In this document: positions 10,167 to 18,880 of the stretch, piece by piece
How positions within the stretch are numbered: position 1 is the stretch's first letter
Layout of the letters: the number at the start of each line of letters is the position of its first letter
Source: an uncultured Prevotellaceae bacterium
Lineage (GTDB): Bacteria; Bacteroidota; Bacteroidia; Bacteroidales; Bacteroidaceae
DNA length: 64,000 nt
Direction: 5' to 3'
Assembly (NCBI GenBank): GCA_947174945.1
Contig: CAMWKZ010000011.1
Span: 4,374 to 68,373, forward strand
Notes under the pieces: generated by a model
Database searches by the model: none
The model's input: the letters and a program-made list of their open reading frames with translations, nothing else
Told to the model about the DNA's origin: nothing
Made by a program: the position numbers and the translations under genes

Positions 10167-11093
10167 TTAAATCAGTCGTTTGTGCTTGAAAATGAGCAGT
10201 GAGACCACCGAAATGGCTACCGAAAGGATGATGGCAATGCCAAAGCCTACGGGGCTGTCCTCCATGCCGTTGACAAGGTTCATGCCAAAGAAGGAGGCCA
10301 CCAGCGTGGGCAACATCAGGATGATGGTCACCGAGGTCAGTGTACGCATGATGGTGTTCATGTTGTTGTTGATGATGCTCTGGTAGGTGTCCATCGTCGA
10401 CTCTAAGATGTTCGAGTAGATGCTGGTCGTCTCGCGGGCCTGTGTCATCTCAATGTTCACGTCCTCGATAAGGTCGGCATCCAGCTCGTCAATCTGCAGT
10501 TTGAACTTCAGCTTCGACATCAGCACCTCGTTGCCTCTGATGGATGTGTTGAAGTAAGTCAGCGAGTCTTGCAGTCTCGACAGTCCTATCAGCGACTCGT
10601 TGTTCACTTCGCGGTCTAAGTTTCGCTTGGCCTTGTCAATGAGCATTGATATTTGCTTCAGGCGTTTCAGATACCAGATGGCACTCGACAGGAAGAGGCG
10701 GAAAATCATGTCCACGTAGTCGGTGAAGCCTACGCCCCGCTTCTGCTGGAACGATACGAAGTCTATCATCATGTTCGTTTCGTAATAGCAGACGGTGATG
10801 GTCACGTCGCGCTTATGGATGATGCCTAACGGCACAGTAGTGTAGGGCGTGCGCGAGCGCACTTCCTTGACGTAGGGAATACGCAGGATGATGAGCATCC
10901 ATCCGTCATCGTACTCATAACGGGCCCGCTCGTCAGCATCGCTGATGTCGGAAAGGAAGTAGTCGGGTATCTGATACTGCTCTTCCAGCAACTGCTGGTC
11001 TTCTTCTGTCGGACACGTAACCTGTATCCAGCAATTAGGCTGCCACTCATTGAGCTGGCTGAGCCCACCTTGGGTGTTCCAGTAAGTCTTCAT
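10167..11093 (-). CDS. corA: CorA family Mg2+/Co2+ transporter
   Basis: C-terminal PTLVASFFGMN signature followed by a second TM; N-terminal WIQVTCPT and DERARYE motifs. Confidence 0.93.
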   Translation of the reverse strand: MKTYWNTQGGLSQLNEWQPNCWIQVTCPTEEDQQLLEEQYQIPDYFLSDISDADERARYEYDDGWMLIILRIPYVKEVRSRTPYTTVPLGIIHKRDVTITVCYYETNMMIDFVSFQQKRGVGFTDYVDMIFRLFLSSAIWYLKRLKQISMLIDKAKRNLDREVNNESLIGLSRLQDSLTYFNTSIRGNEVLMSKLKFKLQIDELDADLIEDVNIEMTQARETTSIYSNILESTMDTYQSIINNNMNTIMRTLTSVTIILMLPTLVASFFGMNLVNGMEDSPVGFGIAIILSVAISVVSLLIFKHKRLI

Positions 11094-11168
11094 TTGCTAA
11101 TCCTTTTTAAGAATAAACGGTCTTAGCGGCAAAGGGATTAGCAGCCTTGCCACCTTATATCCCCTGCC

Positions 11169-11204
11169 TTACGAATTGTTATTATCCGCCGGGTAGTCGT
11201 CCAT
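11169..11204 (-). CDS. Candidate 11-aa leader peptide (MDDYPADNNNS) in the corA 5' UTR
   Basis: ATG GAC GAC TAC CCG GCG GAT AAT AAC AAT TCG TAA, preceded by A-rich sequence and lying between the corA promoter and the corA start. Confidence 0.45.
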   Translation of the reverse strand: MDDYPADNNNS

Positions 11205-11234
11205 TTTGATGTTACTATTTTGGTTATTTGGCTG

Positions 11235-11242
11235 CAAAGGTA
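11235..11242 (-). promoter_or_regulatory. sigmaA -7 box (TACCTTTG) for corA, implying a ~135-nt leader
   Basis: caaaggta on the + strand. Confidence 0.75.
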
Positions 11243-11286
11243 CAAATAAAAATGGTAAATGAGAAATGAATAAAGAGAATTTTTCG

Positions 11287-11294
11287 TAATTTTG
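11287..11294 (+). promoter_or_regulatory. sigmaA -7 box (TAATTTTG) for rmuC
   Basis: Consensus match ending 5 nt before the ATG at 11300. Confidence 0.7.
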
Positions 11295-11299
11295 CACCC

Positions 11300-12532
11300 A
11301 TGATAGTTATATATATTATAATAGGTATAGCCGTGGGGGCTGGTGCCGTCTGCTTGCTGATACAGTCGAAGGTGGGGGCTCTCCGTGTGGAGCTGGCCCG
11401 CAAGGAAACGGAGATGACGATGCTTGCCCAGCAGCATGGCGAGGAAGTCAGGCTCAGGGAACAGCAGTTTGGTGAGCAGCTGAAGACAACGAGGGAACAG
11501 CTGCAGGTGCTGGCCCGACAGTTGCTTGACGCACAGGCTCGTCAGCTGAAGGAGGAGAACACCGAGAGCATGGGCCATATTACCCAGCCGCTGAAGGATG
11601 CCATCAGTGAGATGCGCAAGGCTATCAGCGACAATACCAAAGACCATACCGAGCAGTCGGCCTCACTGCGCGAGCAGCTGAGGCTGATGATGCAGTCGAA
11701 CCGTGAGATAGGCGAGAAGGCCGAGTCGCTTGCCAATGTGCTGCGGCGCGACAATAAGGTGAGTGGCAACATGGGCGAAATCATCTTGGGTGACCTGTTA
11801 GCCTCGCAGGGACTGACCGAGGGCATTCATTATGAGGTGCAGGCTCGGTTGCGCGACGAGCAGGGGCGCCCGTTGAAGAATGACGATACAGGGCGCGAGA
11901 TGCAGCCCGACGTTATCCTGCACTATCCTCAGGGGCAGGATGTCATCATCGACTCAAAGGTGTCGCTCGTGGCCTATCAGCGCTACGTCAACGCTCGGAG
12001 CCCAGAGGAGAAGGAGCGCGCCTTGCAAGAGCACGTCAAGAGTGTGCGCCAGCACGTCACAGAACTGTCGCGCAAGGACTACTCCAAGTATATCAAGCCC
12101 CCGCGCGAGAGTGTCGATTTCGTCATCATGTTCGTGCCCTTCGAGTCGTCGCTACAACTGGCCTTGGTCAGCGACCCATCCTTGTGGCGCGATGCTTTCG
12201 AGCGCAAAGTGTTCATTACGGGTGAGCAGAACCTGCTGGGCATTCTCCACATGATACACATAGCATGGGTGCAGAACCAACAGGCAGAGAACCAAGAGAA
12301 GGTGTTTGGCATAGCCGAACAGCTACTCGACCGTTTGGGCGACTTCATGCAACGATATAATAAGGTGGGCGAGCAATTAGAGCAAGCACGCAAGGCCTTC
12401 GACTTCTCCACCAATAAACTCAGCGAGGGTAGGCAGAGTGTGGCGCAGAAGGCTAACGAGCTAATCGCACTTGGAGCAAAGGAGAACCCCAGCCGTCGTA
12501 TTCCTAAGGTAGAGAATGGTTTACCTGAATGA
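11300..12532 (+). CDS. rmuC: DNA recombination protein RmuC
   Basis: N-terminal TM, coiled coil, GNMGEIIL, QPDVILHYP..VIIDSKVSL, DFVIMFVPFE. Confidence 0.95.
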   Translation: MIVIYIIIGIAVGAGAVCLLIQSKVGALRVELARKETEMTMLAQQHGEEVRLREQQFGEQLKTTREQLQVLARQLLDAQARQLKEENTESMGHITQPLKDAISEMRKAISDNTKDHTEQSASLREQLRLMMQSNREIGEKAESLANVLRRDNKVSGNMGEIILGDLLASQGLTEGIHYEVQARLRDEQGRPLKNDDTGREMQPDVILHYPQGQDVIIDSKVSLVAYQRYVNARSPEEKERALQEHVKSVRQHVTELSRKDYSKYIKPPRESVDFVIMFVPFESSLQLALVSDPSLWRDAFERKVFITGEQNLLGILHMIHIAWVQNQQAENQEKVFGIAEQLLDRLGDFMQRYNKVGEQLEQARKAFDFSTNKLSEGRQSVAQKANELIALGAKENPSRRIPKVENGLPE

Positions 12533-13073
12533 CGATATAGCCCACTTCGACTGGCAGTCGGCACAGCCATTGCTCTCGGAACAACGCCGTGAGCAGGTGT
12601 TGCGCTTCAAGCATGAGCAGGGGCGCAAAACGTGCGTGGCAGCCTATATGCTGCTGTGCGAGGGGCTTAGAAAGGAGTATGGCATCGCTGAACCGCCCGT
12701 CTTTACATACGGGGAGCATGGGAAGCCCACCCTTGTGAGCCATCCTGACATTCACTTCAGCCTGAGCCATTGTCGCGAAGTTGCCGCCTGCGTAATAGAC
12801 CGTCGGCCTGTGGGCATTGATGTAGAGACGATTCGGCCTCTCAAGGAACGGCTGATGCAATATACGATGAACGACAGCGAGGTGGAGCGCATCAGGCAGG
12901 CTGAGCGTCCCGACGTGGAGTTTATACGGCTGTGGACTATGAAAGAGGCCGTGCTGAAACTGACGGGCGAAGGCATCAGCCGCAACCTGAAGACGGTGCT
13001 GACGGGCAGCGAACCCATCCATACGACGGTGAATATAGAGAAAAACTATGTCTATTCGGTCGTTTATGGGTGA
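12516..13073 (+). CDS. 4'-phosphopantetheinyl transferase (Sfp-like)
   Basis: GKP, HFSLSH, VGIDVE and FIRLWTMKEAVLKLTGEG motifs; overlaps rmuC by 17 bp. Confidence 0.93.
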   Translation: MVYLNDDIAHFDWQSAQPLLSEQRREQVLRFKHEQGRKTCVAAYMLLCEGLRKEYGIAEPPVFTYGEHGKPTLVSHPDIHFSLSHCREVAACVIDRRPVGIDVETIRPLKERLMQYTMNDSEVERIRQAERPDVEFIRLWTMKEAVLKLTGEGISRNLKTVLTGSEPIHTTVNIEKNYVYSVVYG

Positions 13074-13080
13074 AAAGTTG

Positions 13081-13088
13081 TATCTTTG
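13081..13088 (+). promoter_or_regulatory. sigmaA -7 box (TATCTTTG) for the ypfJ-like-surE-lpxB run
   Basis: Consensus match 33 nt upstream of the ATG at 13122. Confidence 0.65.
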
Positions 13089-13121
13089 TGCAGGAAATCA
13101 TAACAGTAAAACAATAGAACT

Positions 13122-13994
13122 ATGAACTTAGAAGGAAGACGTGAAAGCTCGAATGTGGAAGACCGCCGAGGCATGGGAGGCGGCAGAAAGGTTGGACTGG
13201 CAGGCATCGGCGGTGTGATAATCGCTATGGCCATTGCCTACTTCACGGGAGGAAACCCGCTGGAAGCCGGCCTGCAGGCTGCCCAGCAGTCGTTTGGTGA
13301 TAATACGGAAGTCAGTGAAGACCAGCGCGAGTTTACCGAGGAGGAACAGGAGCTGGCTACTTTCTCCACCCAGATACTGGCCGGTACAGAGGATGTATGG
13401 AGCGAGATTTTCGAGGAAAACGACATGAGGTACGAGCCGCCCACGATGGTGCTCTATACCGACGGTACGCAGACGGCGTGCGGTCAAGGCTCTGCGGCGA
13501 TGGGGCCGTTCTACTGCTCGGGCGACCAGAAGCTATACATCGACCTGTCGTTCTTTACCACGATGAAGCAGCAACTGGGTGCCGACGGTGATTTCGCCTA
13601 TGCCTACGTCATTGCCCACGAGGTGGGGCATCATGTGGAATACCAGACGGGCATCCTGCAAGAGGTGCATGAGAAGATGGCCCGCGTCAGTCAGACCGAG
13701 GCCAACAAGCTGAGCGTGCGACTGGAACTGTTAGCCGACTTCTATGCCGGCGTATGGGCTCACCACGACAACGAGCGCTTCGGCTCGTTGGAGGACGGCG
13801 ACATTGAGGAAGCTATCCGCTGTGCGCAGGTCATTGGCGACGACTATTTACAGAAGAAGGCTCGTGGCTATGCTGTGCCAGAGTCGTTTAATCACGGCAC
13901 GTCGAAGCAGCGCATGAAGTGGTTCAAGCGCGGACTGGAAACGGGCGACGTGTCGCAGGGCAACACCTTTGAGTGCTCTGATGCAGAACTTTAA
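13122..13994 (+). CDS. YpfJ-like neutral zinc metallopeptidase
   Basis: RESSNVEDRRG N-terminus, GPFYC, AYVIAHEVGHHV, ESFNHGTSKQR. Confidence 0.92.
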   Translation: MNLEGRRESSNVEDRRGMGGGRKVGLAGIGGVIIAMAIAYFTGGNPLEAGLQAAQQSFGDNTEVSEDQREFTEEEQELATFSTQILAGTEDVWSEIFEENDMRYEPPTMVLYTDGTQTACGQGSAAMGPFYCSGDQKLYIDLSFFTTMKQQLGADGDFAYAYVIAHEVGHHVEYQTGILQEVHEKMARVSQTEANKLSVRLELLADFYAGVWAHHDNERFGSLEDGDIEEAIRCAQVIGDDYLQKKARGYAVPESFNHGTSKQRMKWFKRGLETGDVSQGNTFECSDAEL

Positions 13995-14004
13995 CACATA
14001 AGAA

Positions 14005-14766
14005 ATGGAAAGACCTTTGATATTAATAGCCAACGACGACGGCTACAAGGCCAAGGGCATCAACAGCCTGATTGACATGGTGCGCGACATGGGCGACGTT
14101 CTGGTGTGTGCGCCGGAGGGAGGACGCAGCGGCTTTGCCTGTGCCTTCTCAGCCACCACACCGCTGACGCTGACGCTGCGCCACCGGGAAGAGGGGGTGG
14201 AAGTATGGTCGTGCAACGGTACGCCCGTCGACTGTGTGAAGATGGCGCTGGCCGAACTGTGCCCGCGCAAGCCTGACTTGGTGCTGGGCGGCATCAACCA
14301 CGGCGACAATGCCTCGGTGAACACCCACTACAGCGGCACGATGGGCGTTACGATGGAGGGGTGCATGAAGTACATACCCTCGGTGGCCTTCTCGCTCTGC
14401 GACTATCGGGCCGATGCCGACTTTGAGCCGCTGCGCCCCTACGTCCGTCAGATGGTGCAGCGCGTGCTGCGCGAAGGGCTGCCCACGGGGGTGTGCCTGA
14501 ACGTCAACTTCCCCTTGGCTCCTGCGTTTCAGGGTGTCAAGGTGTGCCGCATGGCCAAGGGCACATGGGGCAACGAGGTGACCCGCTGCCATCATCCGCG
14601 AGGCTATGACTACTGGTGGATGGTGGGCCAATATACCAACGACGAGCCAGAGGCTGCCGACACCGATAACTGGGCCTTGGGTCATGGCTATGTGGCTATC
14701 ACCCCGACGCAGGTGGACGTGACGGCCTACGAGGCGCTGGCTAACATGAAGGACTGGGAGCAATGA
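14005..14766 (+). CDS. surE: 5'/3'-nucleotidase SurE
   Basis: ILIANDDG, GTPVDCV, GINHGDN...YSGT. Confidence 0.97.
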   Translation: MERPLILIANDDGYKAKGINSLIDMVRDMGDVLVCAPEGGRSGFACAFSATTPLTLTLRHREEGVEVWSCNGTPVDCVKMALAELCPRKPDLVLGGINHGDNASVNTHYSGTMGVTMEGCMKYIPSVAFSLCDYRADADFEPLRPYVRQMVQRVLREGLPTGVCLNVNFPLAPAFQGVKVCRMAKGTWGNEVTRCHHPRGYDYWWMVGQYTNDEPEAADTDNWALGHGYVAITPTQVDVTAYEALANMKDWEQ

Positions 14767-15887
14767 AGTACTACTTGCTCGTAGGCGAGGCCAGTGGCGA
14801 CCTTCATGCCTCGCACCTGATGCAGGCGTTGAAGCAACGGGACGCGGAAGCCCAGTTCCGCTTCTTCGGCGGCGACCTGATGATGGCTGTCGGCGGGCAG
14901 CGCGTGCGCCACTATCGCGAGCTGGCCTATATGGGCTTCATCCCTGTGCTGCTGCATTTGCCCACGATTCTGCGCAACATGAAGCTGTGCAAGCAGGACA
15001 TCCAACAGTGGCAGCCCGATGTGGTCATACTGGTTGACTACCCGGGCTTCAACCTTGGCATTGCCCAGTATGTGCATCGGCACCGCATCTGCCCCGTCTA
15101 CTATTACATCGCGCCCAAGCTCTGGGCATGGAAGGAGTACCGCATCAAGAACATCAAGCGCGACGTTGACGAGCTGTTCTCTATCCTGCCTTTCGAGGTG
15201 CCGTTCTTTGAACAGAAGCACCGCTATCCCATCCACTATGTGGGCAACCCCACGGCGCAGGAGGTGCGTGAGTATCTGGCAGAACATGGAGAACGGAAGG
15301 CCGTGAGCGGTGAAAAGCCTGTGCTCGCCCTGCTGGCAGGCAGTAGGAGGCAGGAGATTAAGGACAATCTGCCCGCGATGCTGGCTGCGACGGCTCATCT
15401 GACCGACCGTTACGACGTGGTACTGGCGGGTGCCCCCTCCATCGAACCGTCCTATTACGACCGCTTTACGGCAGGCTATGCGGTGCGCCTCGTGGTCAAC
15501 GACACCTACGCCCTGCTGTCGCAAGCCACGGCTGCCCTCGTCACCAGTGGCACGGCTACGCTCGAGGCGTGTATGTTCCGCGTTCCACAGGTGGTGTGCT
15601 ACGAGACACCGCTGCCCCGACTGGTGGGATTTCTGAGGCGTCATGTGCTAAAGGTAAAGTATGTGTCGCTGGTCAACTTGATAGCTGGTCGTGAGGTAGT
15701 GACCGAACTGGTGGCCGAAACATTCAGTGTCGACAATATCCGTCGCGAACTGGAAGCCATTCTGCCCGGTGGCTGCCAGCGACAGCGAATGCTTACGGAC
15801 TATGAAGAGGTGCATCGGCTGCTGGGTGACAGCCGTGCTGCCGACGAGGCCGCCCATGTGATGCTAAAACTCTTGACAAAGAGATAA
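14763..15887 (+). CDS. lpxB: Lipid-A-disaccharide synthase
   Basis: GEASGDLH, VDYPGFNL, PKLWAWK, LAGSRRQEI, SGTATLE. Confidence 0.97.
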   Translation: MKYYLLVGEASGDLHASHLMQALKQRDAEAQFRFFGGDLMMAVGGQRVRHYRELAYMGFIPVLLHLPTILRNMKLCKQDIQQWQPDVVILVDYPGFNLGIAQYVHRHRICPVYYYIAPKLWAWKEYRIKNIKRDVDELFSILPFEVPFFEQKHRYPIHYVGNPTAQEVREYLAEHGERKAVSGEKPVLALLAGSRRQEIKDNLPAMLAATAHLTDRYDVVLAGAPSIEPSYYDRFTAGYAVRLVVNDTYALLSQATAALVTSGTATLEACMFRVPQVVCYETPLPRLVGFLRRHVLKVKYVSLVNLIAGREVVTELVAETFSVDNIRRELEAILPGGCQRQRMLTDYEEVHRLLGDSRAADEAAHVMLKLLTKR

Positions 15888-15973
15888 ACGTATTTTTATC
15901 TGACAAACTAACTATTGATACATGATGCAAAGACTGTGAAACAATACGCAACGTTGGTTTCCGAGAAATGCTG

Positions 15974-15981
15974 TACCTTTG
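15974..15981 (+). promoter_or_regulatory. sigmaA -7 box (TACCTTTG) with no protein gene downstream
   Basis: ATGCTGTACCTTTGCA, identical to the context of the tRNA-Gln(CTG) promoter at 6691-6706. Confidence 0.75.
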
Positions 15982-15985
15982 CAAC

Positions 15986-16115
15986 ATCAAATGAAAGATG
16001 CCACCTTGGAGGCGACCAATAAAGTAAGATTTGTTTTAGTAGTAATATCATTAGTAGTTTGTTTTGTTGCTTCAAAGCCTGCCGGAAAGCGTTCCAGCAG
16101 GCTTGAAGTTTTTTT
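15986..16115 (+). ncRNA. Candidate stand-alone small RNA (~130 nt)
   Basis: Has its own promoter, a short 5' hairpin, an AU/U-rich middle (AAAGTAAGATTTGTTTTAGTAGT...TTAGTAGTTTGTTTTGTTG), and a strong terminator CTTCAAAGCCTGCCGGAA-AGCG-TTCCAGCAGGCTTGAAG-T7. Confidence 0.65.
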
Positions 16116-16145
16116 ATGCCATGTGGCTTCTAAGGGGGCACATTG

Positions 16146-16273
16146 TGCGGAGCCTATCGGCACACGATGCGGAGTGCGTCGGCACATGGTGCGGAGCGTG
16201 TCCGTGCATGATGCGGAGCGCGTCCGTGCATGGTGCGAAGCGTGTCGGCACATAGTGCGAAGCGCATCGGCAC
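16146..16273. repeat. 22-bp tandem array, family A, copy 2 (6 units)
   Basis: TGCG(G/A)AG at 16146, 16168, 16190, 16212, 16234 and 16256. Confidence 0.95.
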
Positions 16274-16295
16274 TTTTAACGAAAAGTCTTGATAC

Positions 16296-16346
16296 AAAAA
16301 ACATCCTACCGTTCCTTCGTCAAAGGTACGGTAGGATGCTTTGTTT
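16296..16346 (-). terminator. Intrinsic (possibly bidirectional) terminator of the korA-korB-DASS operon
   Basis: CATCCTACCGT...ACGGTAGGATG stem flanked by an A6 run on the left and T-rich sequence on the right. Confidence 0.8.
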
Positions 16347-16362
16347 AAGCCTGTTTCTATGG

Positions 16363-17868
16363 TTAGATAACGTGCAGGACGCCCATCAGGTAGACGAGCC
16401 CGAAGCCGAGCACCATAGAGATGAAACCTACGATGGTACCAACCTTCGACATATCCTTCTGCTGCACGTAGCCAGTGGCGTAGGCCAAGGCGTTGGGCGG
16501 TGTGGATATGGGCAGTATCATGGCACTGGATGCAGCGATGGCCACACCTATCAGTACGGTGGGTGTGCCGCCGATGGGAGCCAGCTTGTCGCCCATAGCG
16601 CCGCATACTATTGCCAAGATGGGCATGAGTAGGGCTGCCGTGGCCGAGTTGGATATAAAGTTAGACAGCAGGTAGCAGATGGCTCCGCCCAACAGCAGGA
16701 TGAGCAGGGGCGAGAACTCGCCGAAGGGTATGCTCTGCACCGCGTTGGCGGCCAGCCCCGATGCGTTGAGGCCGTAGCCCAGTGCAAAACCGCCTGCAAC
16801 CATCCAGATGACCGACCAGTTGATTTGCTCCAAGTCGCGCTTGGTGATAACTCCCGTCAGTGCGAACACCATGAACGGTATCAGGGCCACGGTGTAGGAG
16901 TTGATGCCCGTCAGACGGTCAAACAGCCACAGGCCCACGGTGACGAAGAAGGTCACGATGACGATGTAGGAGTGGGCATCGTGCTTCATCTCGCTGTCGA
17001 TGTGCAGCTCAATAGTCTTCTGGCTGAAGGGGAACATCTTCAGCAGGATGCGCCAGCTGATGAACAGCAGGACAATAACCAGCGGGAACATGAAGAGCAT
17101 CCACTGGCCGAAGCCCAGTCCGAGGTTCAGACCCTCGGGGTCGTTCAGATACTTCAGTGCGATGGTGTTCGGCGGGGTACCGATAGGCGTACCCATGCCG
17201 CCCAAGTTGGCAGCCACGGGAATCGACATGGCCAGTGCCATGCGGCCCTTGCCCTCAGGGGGCAGCTGGTGGAACACGGGGGTGAGGAACGTCAGCATCA
17301 TGGCTGCCGTAGCCGTGTTGGACACGAACATCGAGAACAGGCCCGTGATGAGCAGGAAACCCAGCAGCACCATCTCGCTGCGAGTGCCAAAGGGGCGCAG
17401 CAGTACCTTGGCCAGCTGGGCGTCAAGCCCCGTCTTTGTGGCCGCGATGGCCAGCACGAAGCCGCCAATGAACAGCATGTTAACGGGGTCGGCAAACGAG
17501 GCCATCACCTCTTTGTACGATAGCAGCTTGCCCACTTCCTCTTTGTTCACCATCGGGGTAAAGCCGCTGTCCGTGCAGAATAGCAGCATCATGACGATAA
17601 TGGCTACCGACGTGGCCCATGAGGGTACTATCTCCATAATCCACATCAGCGTGGCGAAGGCGAAGATGGCAATGATGCGCTGCTGTACGACCGTGAGCTC
17701 CTGAATGCCGTACCACTCGGCAGGCATATTCCAGAGCGCCAGCGTCGCCAGTATAACGATAGCTATCTTGATAAAGCGCATCATCGCGTTGGATGGATGA
17801 TACTTGCGCATGTGTCGTAAGTCGTGGTACGACTGTACGAGGTGGAATCCTTTATAATTATTGAACAT
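16363..17868 (-). CDS. SLC13/DASS family di-/tricarboxylate (or sulfate) transporter
   Basis: Two SNT-type motifs (FVSNTAT, FISNSAT), TPIGTPPN and PISTPPNA; many TM segments. Confidence 0.93.
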   Translation of the reverse strand: MFNNYKGFHLVQSYHDLRHMRKYHPSNAMMRFIKIAIVILATLALWNMPAEWYGIQELTVVQQRIIAIFAFATLMWIMEIVPSWATSVAIIVMMLLFCTDSGFTPMVNKEEVGKLLSYKEVMASFADPVNMLFIGGFVLAIAATKTGLDAQLAKVLLRPFGTRSEMVLLGFLLITGLFSMFVSNTATAAMMLTFLTPVFHQLPPEGKGRMALAMSIPVAANLGGMGTPIGTPPNTIALKYLNDPEGLNLGLGFGQWMLFMFPLVIVLLFISWRILLKMFPFSQKTIELHIDSEMKHDAHSYIVIVTFFVTVGLWLFDRLTGINSYTVALIPFMVFALTGVITKRDLEQINWSVIWMVAGGFALGYGLNASGLAANAVQSIPFGEFSPLLILLLGGAICYLLSNFISNSATAALLMPILAIVCGAMGDKLAPIGGTPTVLIGVAIAASSAMILPISTPPNALAYATGYVQQKDMSKVGTIVGFISMVLGFGLVYLMGVLHVI

Positions 17869-17871
17869 ATA

Positions 17872-18876
17872 CTATTTAACCTCCCATGTCTCGTTTGTTT
17901 CCAGTAGCTCAGCAAAGTTATGGTACTTCTTCTGAGCCGATACTTCCTCAATCTGCGCACTCACGGCCTCGTCGTAGGTAGGAGCCTCGACGTCGCGGAT
18001 AACTCCTAATGCCACGGGGAACCCGTCGCCGTTGCCCATCAGGGCCAGCTTCAGCTGCAGGGTGTTGTCCTCGCAGTGGGCATCGTGTACCAGCACGTCG
18101 TCCAGCGTGTAGCCGTCCTTGCCCAGCTCGACCACCTTCAGGCCGAAGCCCTGCTGCACCAGTCCGAACTCGTTGTTCTCGCCGAACACGAGCTTCTCGC
18201 CGTGGCGCACGTAGATGGCGTTCTTCTTACGACCCTCCTTGTTGTACACGGCCTCGTGGGTTCCGTCGTTGAAGATGACGCAGTTCTGCAGAATCTCACA
18301 GACGGCAGCCCCTTTGTGCTCGTAGGCAGCCTTCAGTATCTCGACCGTACCCTGGGCATCGGTGGCCACGGCACGGGCAAAGAAGTGACCGCGCGCGCCG
18401 AAGCACAGCTCTGCTGGACGGAACGGGTCTTCCACCGTGCCGTAGGGGCTCGACTTCGACACGAAGCCACGCGGCGAGGTGGGCGAGTATTGTCCCTTGG
18501 TCAGACCGTAGATGCGGTTGTTCAGCAGAATCATGTTCAGGTTGATGTTGCGGCGGTTGGCATGAATGAAGTGGTTACCGCCAATGGCCAGACCGTCGCC
18601 GTCGCCGCTGACCTGCCATACCGTCAGGTTGGGGTTGGCCACCTTGCAGCCGGTGGCAATGGCCACGGCACGCCCGTGGATGGTGTTCATGCCATAAGTG
18701 GCCATATAGTGGGGCAGGCGGCTGGAGCAGCCGATACCCGATATGACAGCCGTGTCCTGTGGGGCTACGCCGATTTCGGCCAATGCTTTGTGGAACGATG
18801 CCAGAAAGAAGTGGTCACCGCATCCCGGACACCAGCGTGGCTGTCCTTTCTTATAATCGTTTGCTGTATAACTCAT
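17872..18876 (-). CDS. korB: 2-oxoacid (2-oxoglutarate):ferredoxin oxidoreductase, beta subunit
   Basis: WCPGCG, SGIGCSSR, TPP-binding GDGDG...NN, YGLTKGQYSPT. Confidence 0.93.
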   Translation of the reverse strand: MSYTANDYKKGQPRWCPGCGDHFFLASFHKALAEIGVAPQDTAVISGIGCSSRLPHYMATYGMNTIHGRAVAIATGCKVANPNLTVWQVSGDGDGLAIGGNHFIHANRRNINLNMILLNNRIYGLTKGQYSPTSPRGFVSKSSPYGTVEDPFRPAELCFGARGHFFARAVATDAQGTVEILKAAYEHKGAAVCEILQNCVIFNDGTHEAVYNKEGRKKNAIYVRHGEKLVFGENNEFGLVQQGFGLKVVELGKDGYTLDDVLVHDAHCEDNTLQLKLALMGNGDGFPVALGVIRDVEAPTYDEAVSAQIEEVSAQKKYHNFAELLETNETWEVK

Positions 18877-18880
18877 AGCT

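Noticed and set aside
12516-13073. Sfp-type PPTase as a marker of an NRPS/PKS cluster
   Set aside because: No carrier-protein or synthase genes nearby; more simply the housekeeping ACP-activating enzyme.
15936-15961. GTGAAACA as a parS half-site
   Set aside because: Only half of the 16-bp parS palindrome is present, and the surrounding inverted repeat is weak.
15979-16632. 217-aa ORF and its antisense partners
   Set aside because: It crosses two terminators and repeat array A2 and runs antisense into the DASS gene; an sRNA plus repeat explains the region better.
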